The position numbers were made by a program, and so were the translations under genes. From Eubacteriales bacterium (lineage in GTDB: Bacteria > Bacillota > Clostridia > Oscillospirales > CAG-272): a stretch of DNA of 64,000 nucleotides. The stretch spans positions 26,715 through 90,714 of the forward strand of contig JAZNCH010000062.1 of NCBI GenBank assembly GCA_045587445.1. Reading direction: 5' to 3'. The notes under the pieces were generated by a model. The model made no database searches. It had not been told where the DNA came from and was given only the letters and a program-made list of their open reading frames with translations. Below are positions 1-8,327 of the stretch, one piece after another. Positions within the stretch are counted from its first letter, which is position 1; every line of letters starts with the position of its first letter.

Positions 1-91
1 TCCTATCTGGTTTGCATTGATGTTTATAAGCGGCGGAGCTGCAATAACTCTCGGAATTGCAGATAAGAAGAAAAAGAACGCTAAAGCTTAA
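1..91 (+). CDS. 3' end of an upstream CDS (partial): C-terminal hydrophobic helix plus lysine-rich tail
   Basis: Frame 2 reads PIWFALMFISGGAAITLGIADKKKKNAKA with TAA at 89-91. The architecture matches the C-terminus of the 1448-aa protein at 1345-5691. A terminator follows. Confidence 0.5.
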   Translation, partial: PIWFALMFISGGAAITLGIADKKKKNAKA

Positions 92-128
92 CTCGGTGCG
101 ATCTAAAATTGGTTAAACAATAAAAAAT

Positions 129-168
129 ACCGCTAACACAAAGGGGTTCAATGTGTTGGCGGTTTTTT
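129..168 (+). terminator. Rho-independent terminator (bidirectional)
   Basis: 12-bp stem ACCGCTAACACA (129-140) / TGTGTTGGCGGT (152-163), then a T-run at 164-168. An A-run on the 5' side lets it also terminate the minus strand. Confidence 0.75.
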
Positions 169-202
169 ACGTTTTACTAACAATGCCAAATGATTGTAAA
201 AA

Positions 203-411
203 TCACTTGGCATTGTTTTTTGCTGTGTTGATGGAGGAGATGAGGATTCGTTTAATCTCGAGACAATCATCAAGAAGAGAATTGCTCATTTTATCGTCTA
301 TATATTCTGACATATACAGCAAATTAATCCAATATTCTGTTTCTGCGGTCTCTTTTGAAGCTATATGCTTTTGGAAATAAAATCTGCCTTGCTTTGACCG
401 TAATTTGCTTC
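203..411 (-). pseudogene. Four-helix-bundle (23S rRNA IVS protein family) gene remnant: 5'-truncated and frameshifted
   Basis: The minus strand reads ..EANYGQSKADFISK, then after a frameshift in an A-run, HIASKETAETEYWINLLYMSEYIDDKMSNSLLDDCLEIKRILISSINTAKNNAK with a stop at 205-203. It is colinear with residues ~47-97 of the intact paralogue (the 97-aa CDS at 7986-8279). Nucleotides 371-411 resemble 8101-8141. Confidence 0.6.
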
Positions 412-475
412 ATTATTCATTGCGAAAATCCGTTTTTAGTGAATAATGAATAGTGAATAATGAAAAATGAATAGT
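409..475. repeat. 11-bp inverted repeat plus tandem GAATAATGAA units at the pseudogene truncation point
   Basis: TTCATTATTCA (409-419) is the reverse complement of TGAATAATGAA (440-450). GAATAATGAAtagt (441-454), GAATAATGAAaaat (455-468) and GAATAGT (469-475) are in tandem. Confidence 0.6.
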
Positions 476-481
476 ACAAAA

Positions 482-512
482 CAAAAATCCTATCGACTAA
501 CGTCGACAGGAT
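482..512 (-). terminator. Terminator of the tRNA-Met/tRNA-Glu operon
   Basis: Stem ATCCTATCGAC (487-497) / GTCGACAGGAT (502-512) with one mismatch and a 4-nt loop. A U-run follows on the minus strand (plus-strand A-run 482-486). Confidence 0.65.
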
Positions 513-520
513 TTTCGTTT

Positions 521-595
521 TGGTGACCCGTGGGGGAATCGAACCCCCGTTACTGCCGTGAAAGGGCGGTGTCTTAACCGCTTGACCAACGGGCC
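521..595 (-). tRNA. tRNA-Glu (anticodon UUC), CCA encoded
   Basis: The reverse complement is GGCCCGTTGGTCAAGCGGTTAAGACACCGCCCTTTCACGGCAGTAACGGGGGTTCGATTCCCCCACGGGTCACCA. It forms a cloverleaf with anticodon loop CTTTCAC and T-loop GTTCGATTC, and is close to Bacillus-type tRNA-Glu. Confidence 0.93.
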
Positions 596-600
596 GAATA

Positions 601-677
601 TGGTAGCGGAAGTCGGATTTGAACCAACGACCTGCCGGGTATGAACCGGATGCTCTAGCCAGCTGAGCTATTCCGCC
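601..677 (-). tRNA. tRNA-Met (anticodon CAU, elongator type), CCA encoded
   Basis: The reverse complement is GGCGGAATAGCTCAGCTGGCTAGAGCATCCGGTTCATACCCGGCAGGTCGTTGGTTCAAATCCGACTTCCGCTACCA, with anticodon loop TTCATAC. It lacks the initiator features (1:72 mismatch, GGG/CCC anticodon stem) and resembles Firmicute elongator tRNA-Met. tRNA-Ile2 (lysidine) is not formally excluded. Confidence 0.85.
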
Positions 678-716
678 ATTTGTAGAAGCATTACCGCTCC
701 AGCGGAACGCTCGAAT

Positions 717-745
717 AGTATAACACAACACATTTTATTTGTCAA
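717..745 (-). promoter_or_regulatory. Sigma-70-type promoter of the tRNA operon
   Basis: The minus strand reads TTGACA (745-740), a 17-nt spacer, then TATACT (722-717). This lies about 40 nt upstream of the tRNA-Met 5' end. Confidence 0.7.
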
Positions 746-803
746 CCCCTTTTTTTAAAAAATTATTCTTTTTTTGATTTTATTTGTTATAATCATTGCT
801 TTA

Positions 804-1073
804 TCCGACGCCTCCCGCATTCGTACTACTTTTTGGGACTTGCCCCGCACTTGCTACGACAACGATTTCCTCCAATTCGCTCGGTATGAGACTTTCGGTT
901 GTATTGGCGTTGATAGACTCGAATATGTTTGCGGTTAAGGCTAAACCAAAAGCAAAAGATTTATTTGAATGTCTGCCCCATCCTGCCTTCTGTATTTGTG
1001 CAACAAAGTGTATAAGATTATTATTCGGACAAATTTTACCCCTGCAGGAAAGGGCGGCATTGTGGCTGCTTGC
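804..1073 (-). pseudogene. Stop-free 90-codon frame with no start codon or RBS; possible 3' gene remnant
   Basis: The minus frame reads ASSHNAALSCRGKICPNNNLIHFVAQIQKAGWGRHSNKSFAFGLALTANIFESINANTTESLIPSELEEIVVVASAGQVPKSSTNAGGVG, ending at TAA (803-801). Its composition is protein-like and its GC is higher than the flanking AT-rich DNA. It has no ATG/GTG/TTG near the 5' end, and I do not recognise the family. Confidence 0.25.
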
Positions 1074-1247
1074 TTAGTGAAAGAAAGTAAAGTTGATGGG
1101 TGTTTTTGTAAAAAAATATTTCCCGAAATTGAATATGTGCATACATTACTAATGTATATAGAATAGTTAATTGCTGATTTTTTAACAAAAATCACAAAAA
1201 AGATAAAGAAATTATAAAAAAATATTATAAACATGTTACTTTGGGTG

Positions 1248-1276
1248 TTGACAATAGTCTTTTATTGTGGTAAACT
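1248..1276 (+). promoter_or_regulatory. Sigma-70-type promoter for the large surface-protein gene
   Basis: TTGACA (1248-1253), a 17-nt spacer ending in TGG (extended -10), then TAAACT (1271-1276). Confidence 0.65.
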
Positions 1277-1344
1277 GTATTCGTATCTTTATCCATATTA
1301 TAATGTGAATAAAAAGTTACAAATATATTAAAAGGAGAAAAAAT

Positions 1345-4300
1345 ATGAGAAACATTGCAAAAATTCTCATTCCCGCACTTGTCATAATAGCGATGGTGGT
1401 TTCTTGTGCATTGATGTTTGCATCAGCAGCAGGTACTCCCGCGATAACTGACGGTGTGGAGGGCGAAGTTATTTTCATTGCAAATGAAGCAAAGGGCGAC
1501 GGTTCAGGTCGCGATGCTGATAACGCAATGGGTAATGATGCTGATTACAATCAGTTAGGAGGTCAGTATGCTAACAGAAAGACTGCTTTTTGGAAAGCGT
1601 TAACGGCTGACAATAATGCCATTATTAACAATGGTGGTGTTATTGTAATTTGTGGTGAATTTACTATTGATACCGCAGATGCTCAGAGAACTTCTTTTGC
1701 TGAATTTCAGTGGCCCTCTGTTGTAGGTACAAAGAATATTACCATAACAAGCTGTTATGATGGTGTTGACTACAGAACTCAGGGTGCGAAGTTGGTTCTT
1801 GATACTTCCAAGTACGCTATCAACTGGTGTATTAAGGCTCCATCAACTTGGGAATATCTTAATATTGAAGCCAAGTATGACTCCACAAGACAATATGGCG
1901 CTGGGGATAACGGCGTAGCTATGATTTCTTTCTGTGGTAATAAGGCTGTTATTGACGAAGAAGTAGTTGTTACTGCTAATGATATTGGTGGTTCTTTGGT
2001 GAAATACCCTGCTCTTTGTGCTTTTGATAGATGTCCTATGAATGTCTCGACTATTAATACTAACCTTACTATTAATAGTGGTTCATGGTCGAATGTGTTT
2101 GGTGCTAGCTATGGTTTGGTGGTTGGACAAACGTTTTACGGTGCATCTGTCGGTACGGTAAATATTACAGTTAACGGTGGTATGGTTCAGAACCTTTTTG
2201 GTACAACTTTCCTTGGCACCACTTGGACAAAAGGTCATGAAGGTGATGTAAATATTACGCTTAACGGCGGTGAAATTGCGACAGTTGTTTGTTCTAACCG
2301 CGTTGGTGTAGGTGCCGGTAAGATTAACTTGACGGTCTCCGAGAACGTTACAGGGCTTACTAAGGTTTGGGCATACGACTATACAGGCAATAACGATGCG
2401 AATGCCCCCACAGATGCAGTAATTACATACAATAGAAGTAATCTTCCTGACAGATCTGTTAAGTATTTTACAACAGTACATGCAACAGGAGAGTCAACAG
2501 GTAATGAGCCTGTTTATAAGGTGTATATTTCTGACAACGGAACAGGCGACGGTTCTTCTCCCGATAAACCCTTGGGTAACTCTTCTACATACGAAACGCT
2601 TCTTAACAGCGCTGTGGAGAGCGACAGAAATAAGGCATATAAGCAGAGCGCATTCTATCTTGCGTTTGAAAAGCTTAAATCTACAGGCGGTAAGATTATA
2701 ATTGTTGGCGATGTTTCAATTGAGGCTTGCGAAGCTCGTATTCCTACAGCAGAAGGTCAAAAAAAGGATCCTTCTGAATTCACTTTGCCCTTAGTAGCTG
2801 ATATGGTTACCATCACGAGTGTTGACGGAACTAATGACTACAGAAGTCAGGCTAAACTTATTTTTGACCTTGACAAGTGTAATACAACATTCCTTGATCT
2901 TATGTCTCCTGTTACATTTAAGGAACTTAACATTGAACACAGGTATGATCCTGATGACCTTAATAGCTATAAGACACCTTTCGTAATTGGTGCGTATGGT
3001 CAGACATTGGTAATTGATGAAGGTGTTAACGTAACATCTCTCAATACTGATACGAACGCCCCCGGAGACTTGTTCCCCGAAATTATGGGTGGTAGAAGAT
3101 ATTCGGATAGCGTAAAAGCTGACATTACCATTAAGTCGGGTACTTGGAACAGAGTAATTCTCGGCGGTTACGGAAACTGGAGTCAACTTCCGTGTAATAT
3201 TACAGGTAATGCAAAACTTACTGTAGACGGTGGTAAAATCGGTAAGATTTATGCTACCGGTTCTAATGACCGTCCTTACGGTTCGATTAAGGGTACGGTT
3301 ACAATTAACCTCAACGCAGGAGAAATTGACAGATTCTATTTCTCCAATGCAGTAGAATATCCCGGAACAAGTGCAGTTATAACTCTCGGCTCTGCCTTGA
3401 AGATTAACTTTGCTGACTATGCAGTTAGGGATTATCGTGGTGACATTGATGAACTCAAAACAAAAGTAACATTTGTAAACAATACAAACCTTGTTATCGG
3501 TCAGGAACCTGCCAGAGAGCCCGATGTAATTTACGTTTCTGACAAGGGTACAGGCGATGGTTCTGCTCCGGATAAACCTCTCGGAACAGATCCCGGCAAC
3601 GTTGTTGCAACTAACTCTTACAAAGGTACAGCGTTCTATAAGGCGATGCAAAAGCTTACCGAATACGGTGGTTATATCGTTGTTGTAGGAGATACCGCTA
3701 TTAACTCTGCTGATAGCCGTGTTGAAGGAAAGAATCAGCCTCCTTCAGAGCTTGAGCTTCCTAAGGTTGACGGTGAAGTTATCATCACCAGCGTTTACAA
3801 GGGTGTTGACTACAGAAATAATGCAAAGTTTATCCTTGATCAGGATGCTTGCGCCGTAACATTTGTTAACTTTAAATCAGACGTTAAGTTTGAAAATATT
3901 AATATTGAACATAGATATGACCCCAACGATATAAACGAATGGGGAACACCTATGGCACTTGCTGCAAACGGCAATAAGCTCGTTATTGAAGATACAGTTA
4001 AGGTAACTGCATGGAATGTTGCAAAGAACATGGAAGGCAACTGGTATCCCATAATTCTTGGCGGACATAGATATGCCAACATTGCCGGAAACACAAACGT
4101 TACTGTTAAGGCAGGTAACTGGACTGCTGTATATGCAGGTGGATTTGGCATGGGTGCAAGCTATCCCGCAAATGTTAACGGAAATGCTACACTTAACATT
4201 GAAGGCGGACGTATTGATACCGTTTATGGTACAACAGACGCTAAGTTTGCATGTGGTAAGATTACAGGTAAGCTCGAAATTAACGTAACAGGCGGTTACG

Positions 4301-5691
4301 TTGGTGCAATCTTCGCAACACAGAAGAATGGTGCTGCAAATGAAATCGTTGTAAATGTCGCTGCAACAGCTGAAAGAGTTGCAAAAATTTGGGGCGGTGT
4401 TTCCGATGCAAGCACTCCGGCAAACGGAACTGTAAGCTATGACAGAAGCGTAACTCGTGATGATGAAGTTAAGTACTGGTCAGTTGTTAACGTAACAGGT
4501 ACTGTTGAAAGTCAGCCCGAACCCGTTTACTTTACACTCTATGTTTCAGACGTTGAAAAGGGTCTCGGCGACGGTTCTTCTCCCGAAAATGCAATTGGTC
4601 ATGGCGAAGGCTATGCACAGCTTCGTAAGAAGGCTTTGAGTTTGATAAAAGCTGCCGGTCATGATTATAATAAACTCAGCAGAGAAAATCAGATTTTAGT
4701 AAGCTCTGTTTACAAGCAGAACGCACTCTACAGAGCACTTTCATACAGTGGCAATAAGATGGTTAACCAGGGCGGTAAGATTATTGTTTGCGGAACTCTT
4801 ACAGTTGACGCAACAGACGCTATGAGAAATTCTCTCGCAGACTTCTGGGGCCCCAAAGGCGCAGGTGAAGTAACTATCACAAGCTACGATGGCAAGACAA
4901 ACTTCAGAGCTAAGGGTGCAAAACTCGTTCTTGACAATTCAGAGCTCGGTCTCTGCGTTGAGTTCGGTTCTCCCACAATTCTTGACAATCTCACAATTGT
5001 ACATAAGTACAACTCCAAGAATGGTAAGGGTATAAGCAATGGTGCTATTATCGCAGGTATGGGTAATAAGCTCGTTATTGGTTACAGCGTAAACGTTGTT
5101 GCTACAGACGTTAACCCCGATGAAGATGCAAGAGTTGAAATGTATCCCACTCTTCTTGGCGGACACAGATACGCTGACTCCAAGTCTGATAACTATATAA
5201 CTGTTGGTTCAGGTCAGTGGGCAGCATTGATTGGCGGTGACTTTGGTTCACCTCACACCGGTAATGCTACAATCGGTATTAACGGCGGTAAGATCGGTAC
5301 TGTTTGCGGTACTATTAACCCCACAATTAGCTCTAAGAAGAATGTATTTGACGGTAGCGTTTGGATTGGTCTCTGGGCAGGTGAAGTAGACAACGTATAC
5401 GTTGTTGGTAAGCCCGGTATGATCTGGGGCGATGCTTCAATAGGTCTTGGCGGAACAAAGGTAAACGGTAAAGTAAGAGCTACACATCCCGACTATTCAG
5501 GTGATGAAATTCAGTCATGGGTATTCAATTACACTGACGAGCAGATCGATCCCAAGAAGGTGGTTGGCTTTGAAAATCCCGTTCCCGAAACAGGTTCAGC
5601 ACTTCCTTACCTTGCTGTAGTTGCAACAGTTTCTCTTGTTGGTGTAGCAGCACTCATCGTAGGTAAGAAGAAAAAGGCTGTTAAAAACTAA
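1345..5691 (+). CDS. Large secreted/cell-surface protein (1448 aa) with four tandem ~340-aa beta-helix-like repeats and a C-terminal VPETG + TM + KKKK sorting-like signal
   Basis: RBS GGAGA lies 8 nt upstream. The N-terminal signal/TM is MRNIAKILIPALVIIAMVVSCALMFASA. The repeated module is V(Y/F)xSDxGxGDGSSPDKPLG...GG(K/Y)I(I/V)(I/V)xGD...ITSxDGxxDYR...AKL(I/V)xD...NIEH(R/K)YD...xxGGxIxxVYG rungs. The C-terminus is NPVPETGSALPYLAVVATVSLVGVAALIVGKKKKAVKN. Confidence 0.9.
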   Translation: MRNIAKILIPALVIIAMVVSCALMFASAAGTPAITDGVEGEVIFIANEAKGDGSGRDADNAMGNDADYNQLGGQYANRKTAFWKALTADNNAIINNGGVIVICGEFTIDTADAQRTSFAEFQWPSVVGTKNITITSCYDGVDYRTQGAKLVLDTSKYAINWCIKAPSTWEYLNIEAKYDSTRQYGAGDNGVAMISFCGNKAVIDEEVVVTANDIGGSLVKYPALCAFDRCPMNVSTINTNLTINSGSWSNVFGASYGLVVGQTFYGASVGTVNITVNGGMVQNLFGTTFLGTTWTKGHEGDVNITLNGGEIATVVCSNRVGVGAGKINLTVSENVTGLTKVWAYDYTGNNDANAPTDAVITYNRSNLPDRSVKYFTTVHATGESTGNEPVYKVYISDNGTGDGSSPDKPLGNSSTYETLLNSAVESDRNKAYKQSAFYLAFEKLKSTGGKIIIVGDVSIEACEARIPTAEGQKKDPSEFTLPLVADMVTITSVDGTNDYRSQAKLIFDLDKCNTTFLDLMSPVTFKELNIEHRYDPDDLNSYKTPFVIGAYGQTLVIDEGVNVTSLNTDTNAPGDLFPEIMGGRRYSDSVKADITIKSGTWNRVILGGYGNWSQLPCNITGNAKLTVDGGKIGKIYATGSNDRPYGSIKGTVTINLNAGEIDRFYFSNAVEYPGTSAVITLGSALKINFADYAVRDYRGDIDELKTKVTFVNNTNLVIGQEPAREPDVIYVSDKGTGDGSAPDKPLGTDPGNVVATNSYKGTAFYKAMQKLTEYGGYIVVVGDTAINSADSRVEGKNQPPSELELPKVDGEVIITSVYKGVDYRNNAKFILDQDACAVTFVNFKSDVKFENINIEHRYDPNDINEWGTPMALAANGNKLVIEDTVKVTAWNVAKNMEGNWYPIILGGHRYANIAGNTNVTVKAGNWTAVYAGGFGMGASYPANVNGNATLNIEGGRIDTVYGTTDAKFACGKITGKLEINVTGGYVGAIFATQKNGAANEIVVNVAATAERVAKIWGGVSDASTPANGTVSYDRSVTRDDEVKYWSVVNVTGTVESQPEPVYFTLYVSDVEKGLGDGSSPENAIGHGEGYAQLRKKALSLIKAAGHDYNKLSRENQILVSSVYKQNALYRALSYSGNKMVNQGGKIIVCGTLTVDATDAMRNSLADFWGPKGAGEVTITSYDGKTNFRAKGAKLVLDNSELGLCVEFGSPTILDNLTIVHKYNSKNGKGISNGAIIAGMGNKLVIGYSVNVVATDVNPDEDARVEMYPTLLGGHRYADSKSDNYITVGSGQWAALIGGDFGSPHTGNATIGINGGKIGTVCGTINPTISSKKNVFDGSVWIGLWAGEVDNVYVVGKPGMIWGDASIGLGGTKVNGKVRATHPDYSGDEIQSWVFNYTDEQIDPKKVVGFENPVPETGSALPYLAVVATVSLVGVAALIVGKKKKAVKN
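1462..5560 (+). repeat. Four diverged in-frame tandem coding repeats of ~1.0 kb
   Basis: Units start near 1462, 2506, 3517 and 4519, at EVIFIANEAKGDGSG, VYKVYISDNGTGDGSS, DVIYVSDKGTGDGSA and FTLYVSDVEKGLGDGSS. By eye, units 2 and 3 are roughly 70% identical at the nucleotide level at their starts and roughly 45% identical at the protein level. Confidence 0.85.
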
Positions 5692-5752
5692 TTGATTAAT
5701 AAAAACAAGATGTGTGTGGGCTTTGCCTACACACATCTGTTGCATTGTAACT

Positions 5753-5787
5753 AAATCCCTTTGGGTATATCCGAGGGGATTTTTTTC
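5753..5787 (+). terminator. Rho-independent terminator after the surface-protein gene
   Basis: Stem AAATCCCT (5753-5760) / GGGGATTT (5775-5782), followed by TTTTTCTTT. A second hairpin precedes it: AGATGTGTGT (5708-5717) / ACACACATCT (5729-5738). Confidence 0.7.
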
Positions 5788-5795
5788 TTTATTTG

Positions 5796-5824
5796 TTGAC
5801 AATAAAAAAATATGGGGGTATAAT
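5796..5824 (+). promoter_or_regulatory. Consensus sigma-70 promoter
   Basis: TTGACA (5796-5801), a 17-nt spacer, then TATAAT (5819-5824). Confidence 0.7.
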
Positions 5825-5863
5825 ATTAAAGTATTTAATTAAGTGAAATATGGATGGTAAAAA

Positions 5864-6940
5864 ATGAAAAAGATTCTTTTGGTAGCTGTTTTGTCTATTG
5901 TATTTTTGTGCACGTTTTTGTTGGTTTTCTTTACGGGAAATGACAAAAATGAGGGTAGTATCCCTAATGAGACTACGTCAAACGGCGAGAATAGTGAAAA
6001 CAAAAAAATGTATGATTATGATTTAGGTGAATACGTTGTACTTGGAGATTTTCCCGAAGTAACTTATGATAGTGTCAAGGTTAATGAGCTTGTAGCAAGT
6101 GCTGTTAACCAAGTTGCATCAAATTTTGCCGAAAAAAAAGAAGTTACAGCCCGTGCCGTAAAGAATGGCGACACTGTAAATATTGACTACGTAGGCACGA
6201 TGGACGGCGTTGCTTTTGAGGGGGGAACAGACGAAGGATATGACCTTATTATTGGTTCTGGTAATTTTATTCCCGGCTTTGAAGAAGGATTGATTGGTCA
6301 TAACATCGGTGAAGAGGTTGTGCTTGATTTGAAATTCCCCGACAGTTATCACGTTGCTGACCTTAAGGGAAAAGCTGTTGTATTTACCGTAAAAATAAAC
6401 AAAATAACAGAGACTATAATTCCTGAATTGAAAGATGTTATGGTAGAGGCTTTAAATCAGGAGGATTATAAGACCGTTGCCGAGTTTAAGGCTTTTGTAA
6501 CCAATCTTGCGACAAAAGAGGTTATATGGGAGACTTACGTAAAATCTTGTGAGATTAAGAAGTACCCGCAGAAAGAAGTTGACGGATATATCAATAACAT
6601 TATTTCCAACTATACCCTTCAGGCTCAGTATTACAATACGACTCTCGATAACTTGCTTTCCGCAATGGGCTTTCAAAGTTTGGATAAATTTAAGGAATAT
6701 ATTGAAACTGATGTGAAGAATACTGTTGCAACAGAAATGGTGATATATCAGACTGTTCGCGAAAAGAAAATTGAGATTTCCGATGATGAATACAAGACTT
6801 TTGCCCTTGAAATTGCAAAGGAAAACAGCATTACTTCCGTTGAAGAACTTGAAAAGCAGGTTGAAAAGGACTATATTATGACAGGAATTTACCAAAAGAA
6901 GCTGATAAGTATGCTGTATGAGGCAAGTAGATGCGAATAA
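5864..6940 (+). CDS. Membrane-anchored FKBP-type peptidyl-prolyl isomerase, trigger-factor-like
   Basis: It has an N-terminal TM helix. The FKBP core is NGDTVNIDYVGTMDGVAFEGGTDEGYDLIIGSGNFIPGFEEGLIGHNIGEEVVLDLKFPDSY...GKAVVFTVKINKI, followed by a trigger-factor-like C-terminal helical region. Confidence 0.8.
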   Translation: MKKILLVAVLSIVFLCTFLLVFFTGNDKNEGSIPNETTSNGENSENKKMYDYDLGEYVVLGDFPEVTYDSVKVNELVASAVNQVASNFAEKKEVTARAVKNGDTVNIDYVGTMDGVAFEGGTDEGYDLIIGSGNFIPGFEEGLIGHNIGEEVVLDLKFPDSYHVADLKGKAVVFTVKINKITETIIPELKDVMVEALNQEDYKTVAEFKAFVTNLATKEVIWETYVKSCEIKKYPQKEVDGYINNIISNYTLQAQYYNTTLDNLLSAMGFQSLDKFKEYIETDVKNTVATEMVIYQTVREKKIEISDDEYKTFALEIAKENSITSVEELEKQVEKDYIMTGIYQKKLISMLYEASRCE

Positions 6941-6946
6941 TAAAAA

Positions 6947-6981
6947 GTGCATTGGGCTATAGCTCAATGCACAATTTTTTT
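6947..6981 (+). terminator. Rho-independent terminator
   Basis: Stem GTGCATTG (6947-6954) / CAATGCAC (6965-6972), then a T-run to 6981. Confidence 0.75.
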
Positions 6982-7024
6982 ATAATACAACAAATGTGTG
7001 GATTGGGTTACACACATTTATTAT

Positions 7025-7936
7025 TTAAAAAGAAAATTCGAATTTTATTGATTCTGTATTGCTTTCCGAATATTCAAGCTCCTCGGAGATGATGCGTGCA
7101 AGGTCGTAAAAATCAAGGGGAGATATGCCTTTTTTGTGTGTAGCGAGTGATGCTAAAAGCTTTTCGCAGAAGAGGCAAAAGCCTAAAGAGGCACGAAATT
7201 CATTTTCGTTATCCGCTTCGGTGCAATGTCTGTACAGAAAATAAGCAAGCACACGTTCCGCATATTTTTCAAACTCTTTTGGCATAAAAGTGGCAAAAGA
7301 AAAACTCAAAAACAATTCTTGGTGTGATTTGTCAAGATATTCGAGCGAATTGATTATTTCTCTCCACTCGTCGTCGGATATGTCCGATAAGGAAATGCCG
7401 TATGTTTCGCTAATTTTTTTGAGTTTGCTTTTATAATTTAACGACTTGTCAGATAAGATACCGTAGATTAAGTCGCGTTGAGCAAGCACGTCGTATTCTG
7501 CGGGGGAGGGAATATCTTCGGAAAAATCATCAATTTCAATTATGTTGGCGTAATTATCCGATTCAAGTATGAGACGGCAGGCTTCTTCACACGCCATACC
7601 GATGCCTACTTCTATTCCGCGAACGGTGTTGTTATAAAAACGAGGGTGTTCGCGGCATATATCGCATAGATAATCTTCACCTAATTCAATAATGATATTG
7701 CACAGTCCTTTGCCGTTAAGGTGGGGGCAATTGTGGTTTTCGGATAGCCTAAAATGAGGTGTTTCGTCGGTGTCTATGCTGTCTCTTATTGCCTTGCCGT
7801 AACTGCAATTATTCTTGTTATATTTGTCTAACGTTTTGGCGTCTATATCTATTTCCCAGCCAATACAACAGTTGTGAGTGCATTTGTCGGCTATGCACTT
7901 GAAATTCTTGTAATATTCCGGCGCGTACAGTTTCAT
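7025..7936 (-). CDS. FliB/YkgJ-like cysteine-cluster protein (flagellin lysine-N-methylase family)
   Basis: The N-terminus YYKNFKCIADKCTHNCCIGWEIDID matches the C-x5-C-x3-CC-x-GW motif of the FliB family. An AGGTGA RBS is present. No flagellar genes lie nearby. Confidence 0.6.
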   Translation of the reverse strand: MKLYAPEYYKNFKCIADKCTHNCCIGWEIDIDAKTLDKYNKNNCSYGKAIRDSIDTDETPHFRLSENHNCPHLNGKGLCNIIIELGEDYLCDICREHPRFYNNTVRGIEVGIGMACEEACRLILESDNYANIIEIDDFSEDIPSPAEYDVLAQRDLIYGILSDKSLNYKSKLKKISETYGISLSDISDDEWREIINSLEYLDKSHQELFLSFSFATFMPKEFEKYAERVLAYFLYRHCTEADNENEFRASLGFCLFCEKLLASLATHKKGISPLDFYDLARIISEELEYSESNTESIKFEFSF

Positions 7937-7985
7937 AAGTTTTCACCTTTAGCTGTATTAATAGATACAATTAGGATTCTGCGGA

Positions 7986-8279
7986 TTAAGCCGCAATTGT
8001 GCAAAACCTTTTTACGATTTCATCTGAAATAATATTTGCCTTTTGTATAATCTCTACCAAATACTCTGTTTCATAGCACTCTTTGAGGGAAATTTGCAAC
8101 TTGGCGACAAAATCTGCCTTGCTATGTGCGTACTTTGCTTCTCTGATATTTGCCCCGATACTTGTTCCACTTCGTTCAAGCTGATTAGCTAAAGAATAAT
8201 GACCTTTGATACCGTCTGTCAAATTCAGTATTTTGACAGCAAAATCGGTTGACATAGTTGCAAGTTTGTTTTCTGCCAT
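7986..8279 (-). CDS. Four-helix-bundle protein (23S rRNA intervening-sequence protein / Avd-like family)
   Basis: MAENKLATMSTDFAVKILNLTDGIKGHYSLANQLERSGTSIGANIREAKYAHSKADFVAKLQISLKECYETEYLVEII.. contains the family hallmark QL.RSgtSIgANI.Ea......DF..KL.I..kE..ET.YW/L. I chose the start at the ATG after the GAGGTG RBS, not the longer ORF-track start at 8327. Confidence 0.85.
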   Translation of the reverse strand: MAENKLATMSTDFAVKILNLTDGIKGHYSLANQLERSGTSIGANIREAKYAHSKADFVAKLQISLKECYETEYLVEIIQKANIISDEIVKRFCTIAA

Positions 8280-8298
8280 AGTAATCACCTCGTAGAAT

Positions 8299-8327
8299 AT
8301 TATATCATAAAACCAATAAACAGTCAA
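8299..8327 (-). promoter_or_regulatory. Sigma-70 promoter of the four-helix-bundle gene
   Basis: The minus strand reads TTGACT (8327-8322), a 17-nt spacer, then TATAAT (8304-8299). Confidence 0.65.

Noticed and set aside
780-1100. tmRNA, SRP RNA, RNase P RNA or a riboswitch in the tRNA-proximal gap
   Set aside because: I checked by eye for the tRNA-like 3' end and tag ORF of tmRNA, the GGAA-tetraloop/AGCAGC helix-8 core of SRP RNA, the GAGGAAAGTCC P4 core of RNase P, and the B12 box. None is present on either strand.
796-1234. ORF-track ORFs 796-1077 (+), 941-1234 (-) and 969-1166 (+) as genes
   Set aside because: They have no RBS, their translations are hydrophobic or low-complexity, and they overlap one another. 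The region is reported as unexplained and not as coding.
7986-8279. Diversity-generating retroelement (the four-helix-bundle protein is Avd-like)
   Set aside because: There is no reverse transcriptase gene and no template/variable repeat pair with adenine-specific mismatches anywhere in the window. The repeats in the large surface protein are diverged at all bases.
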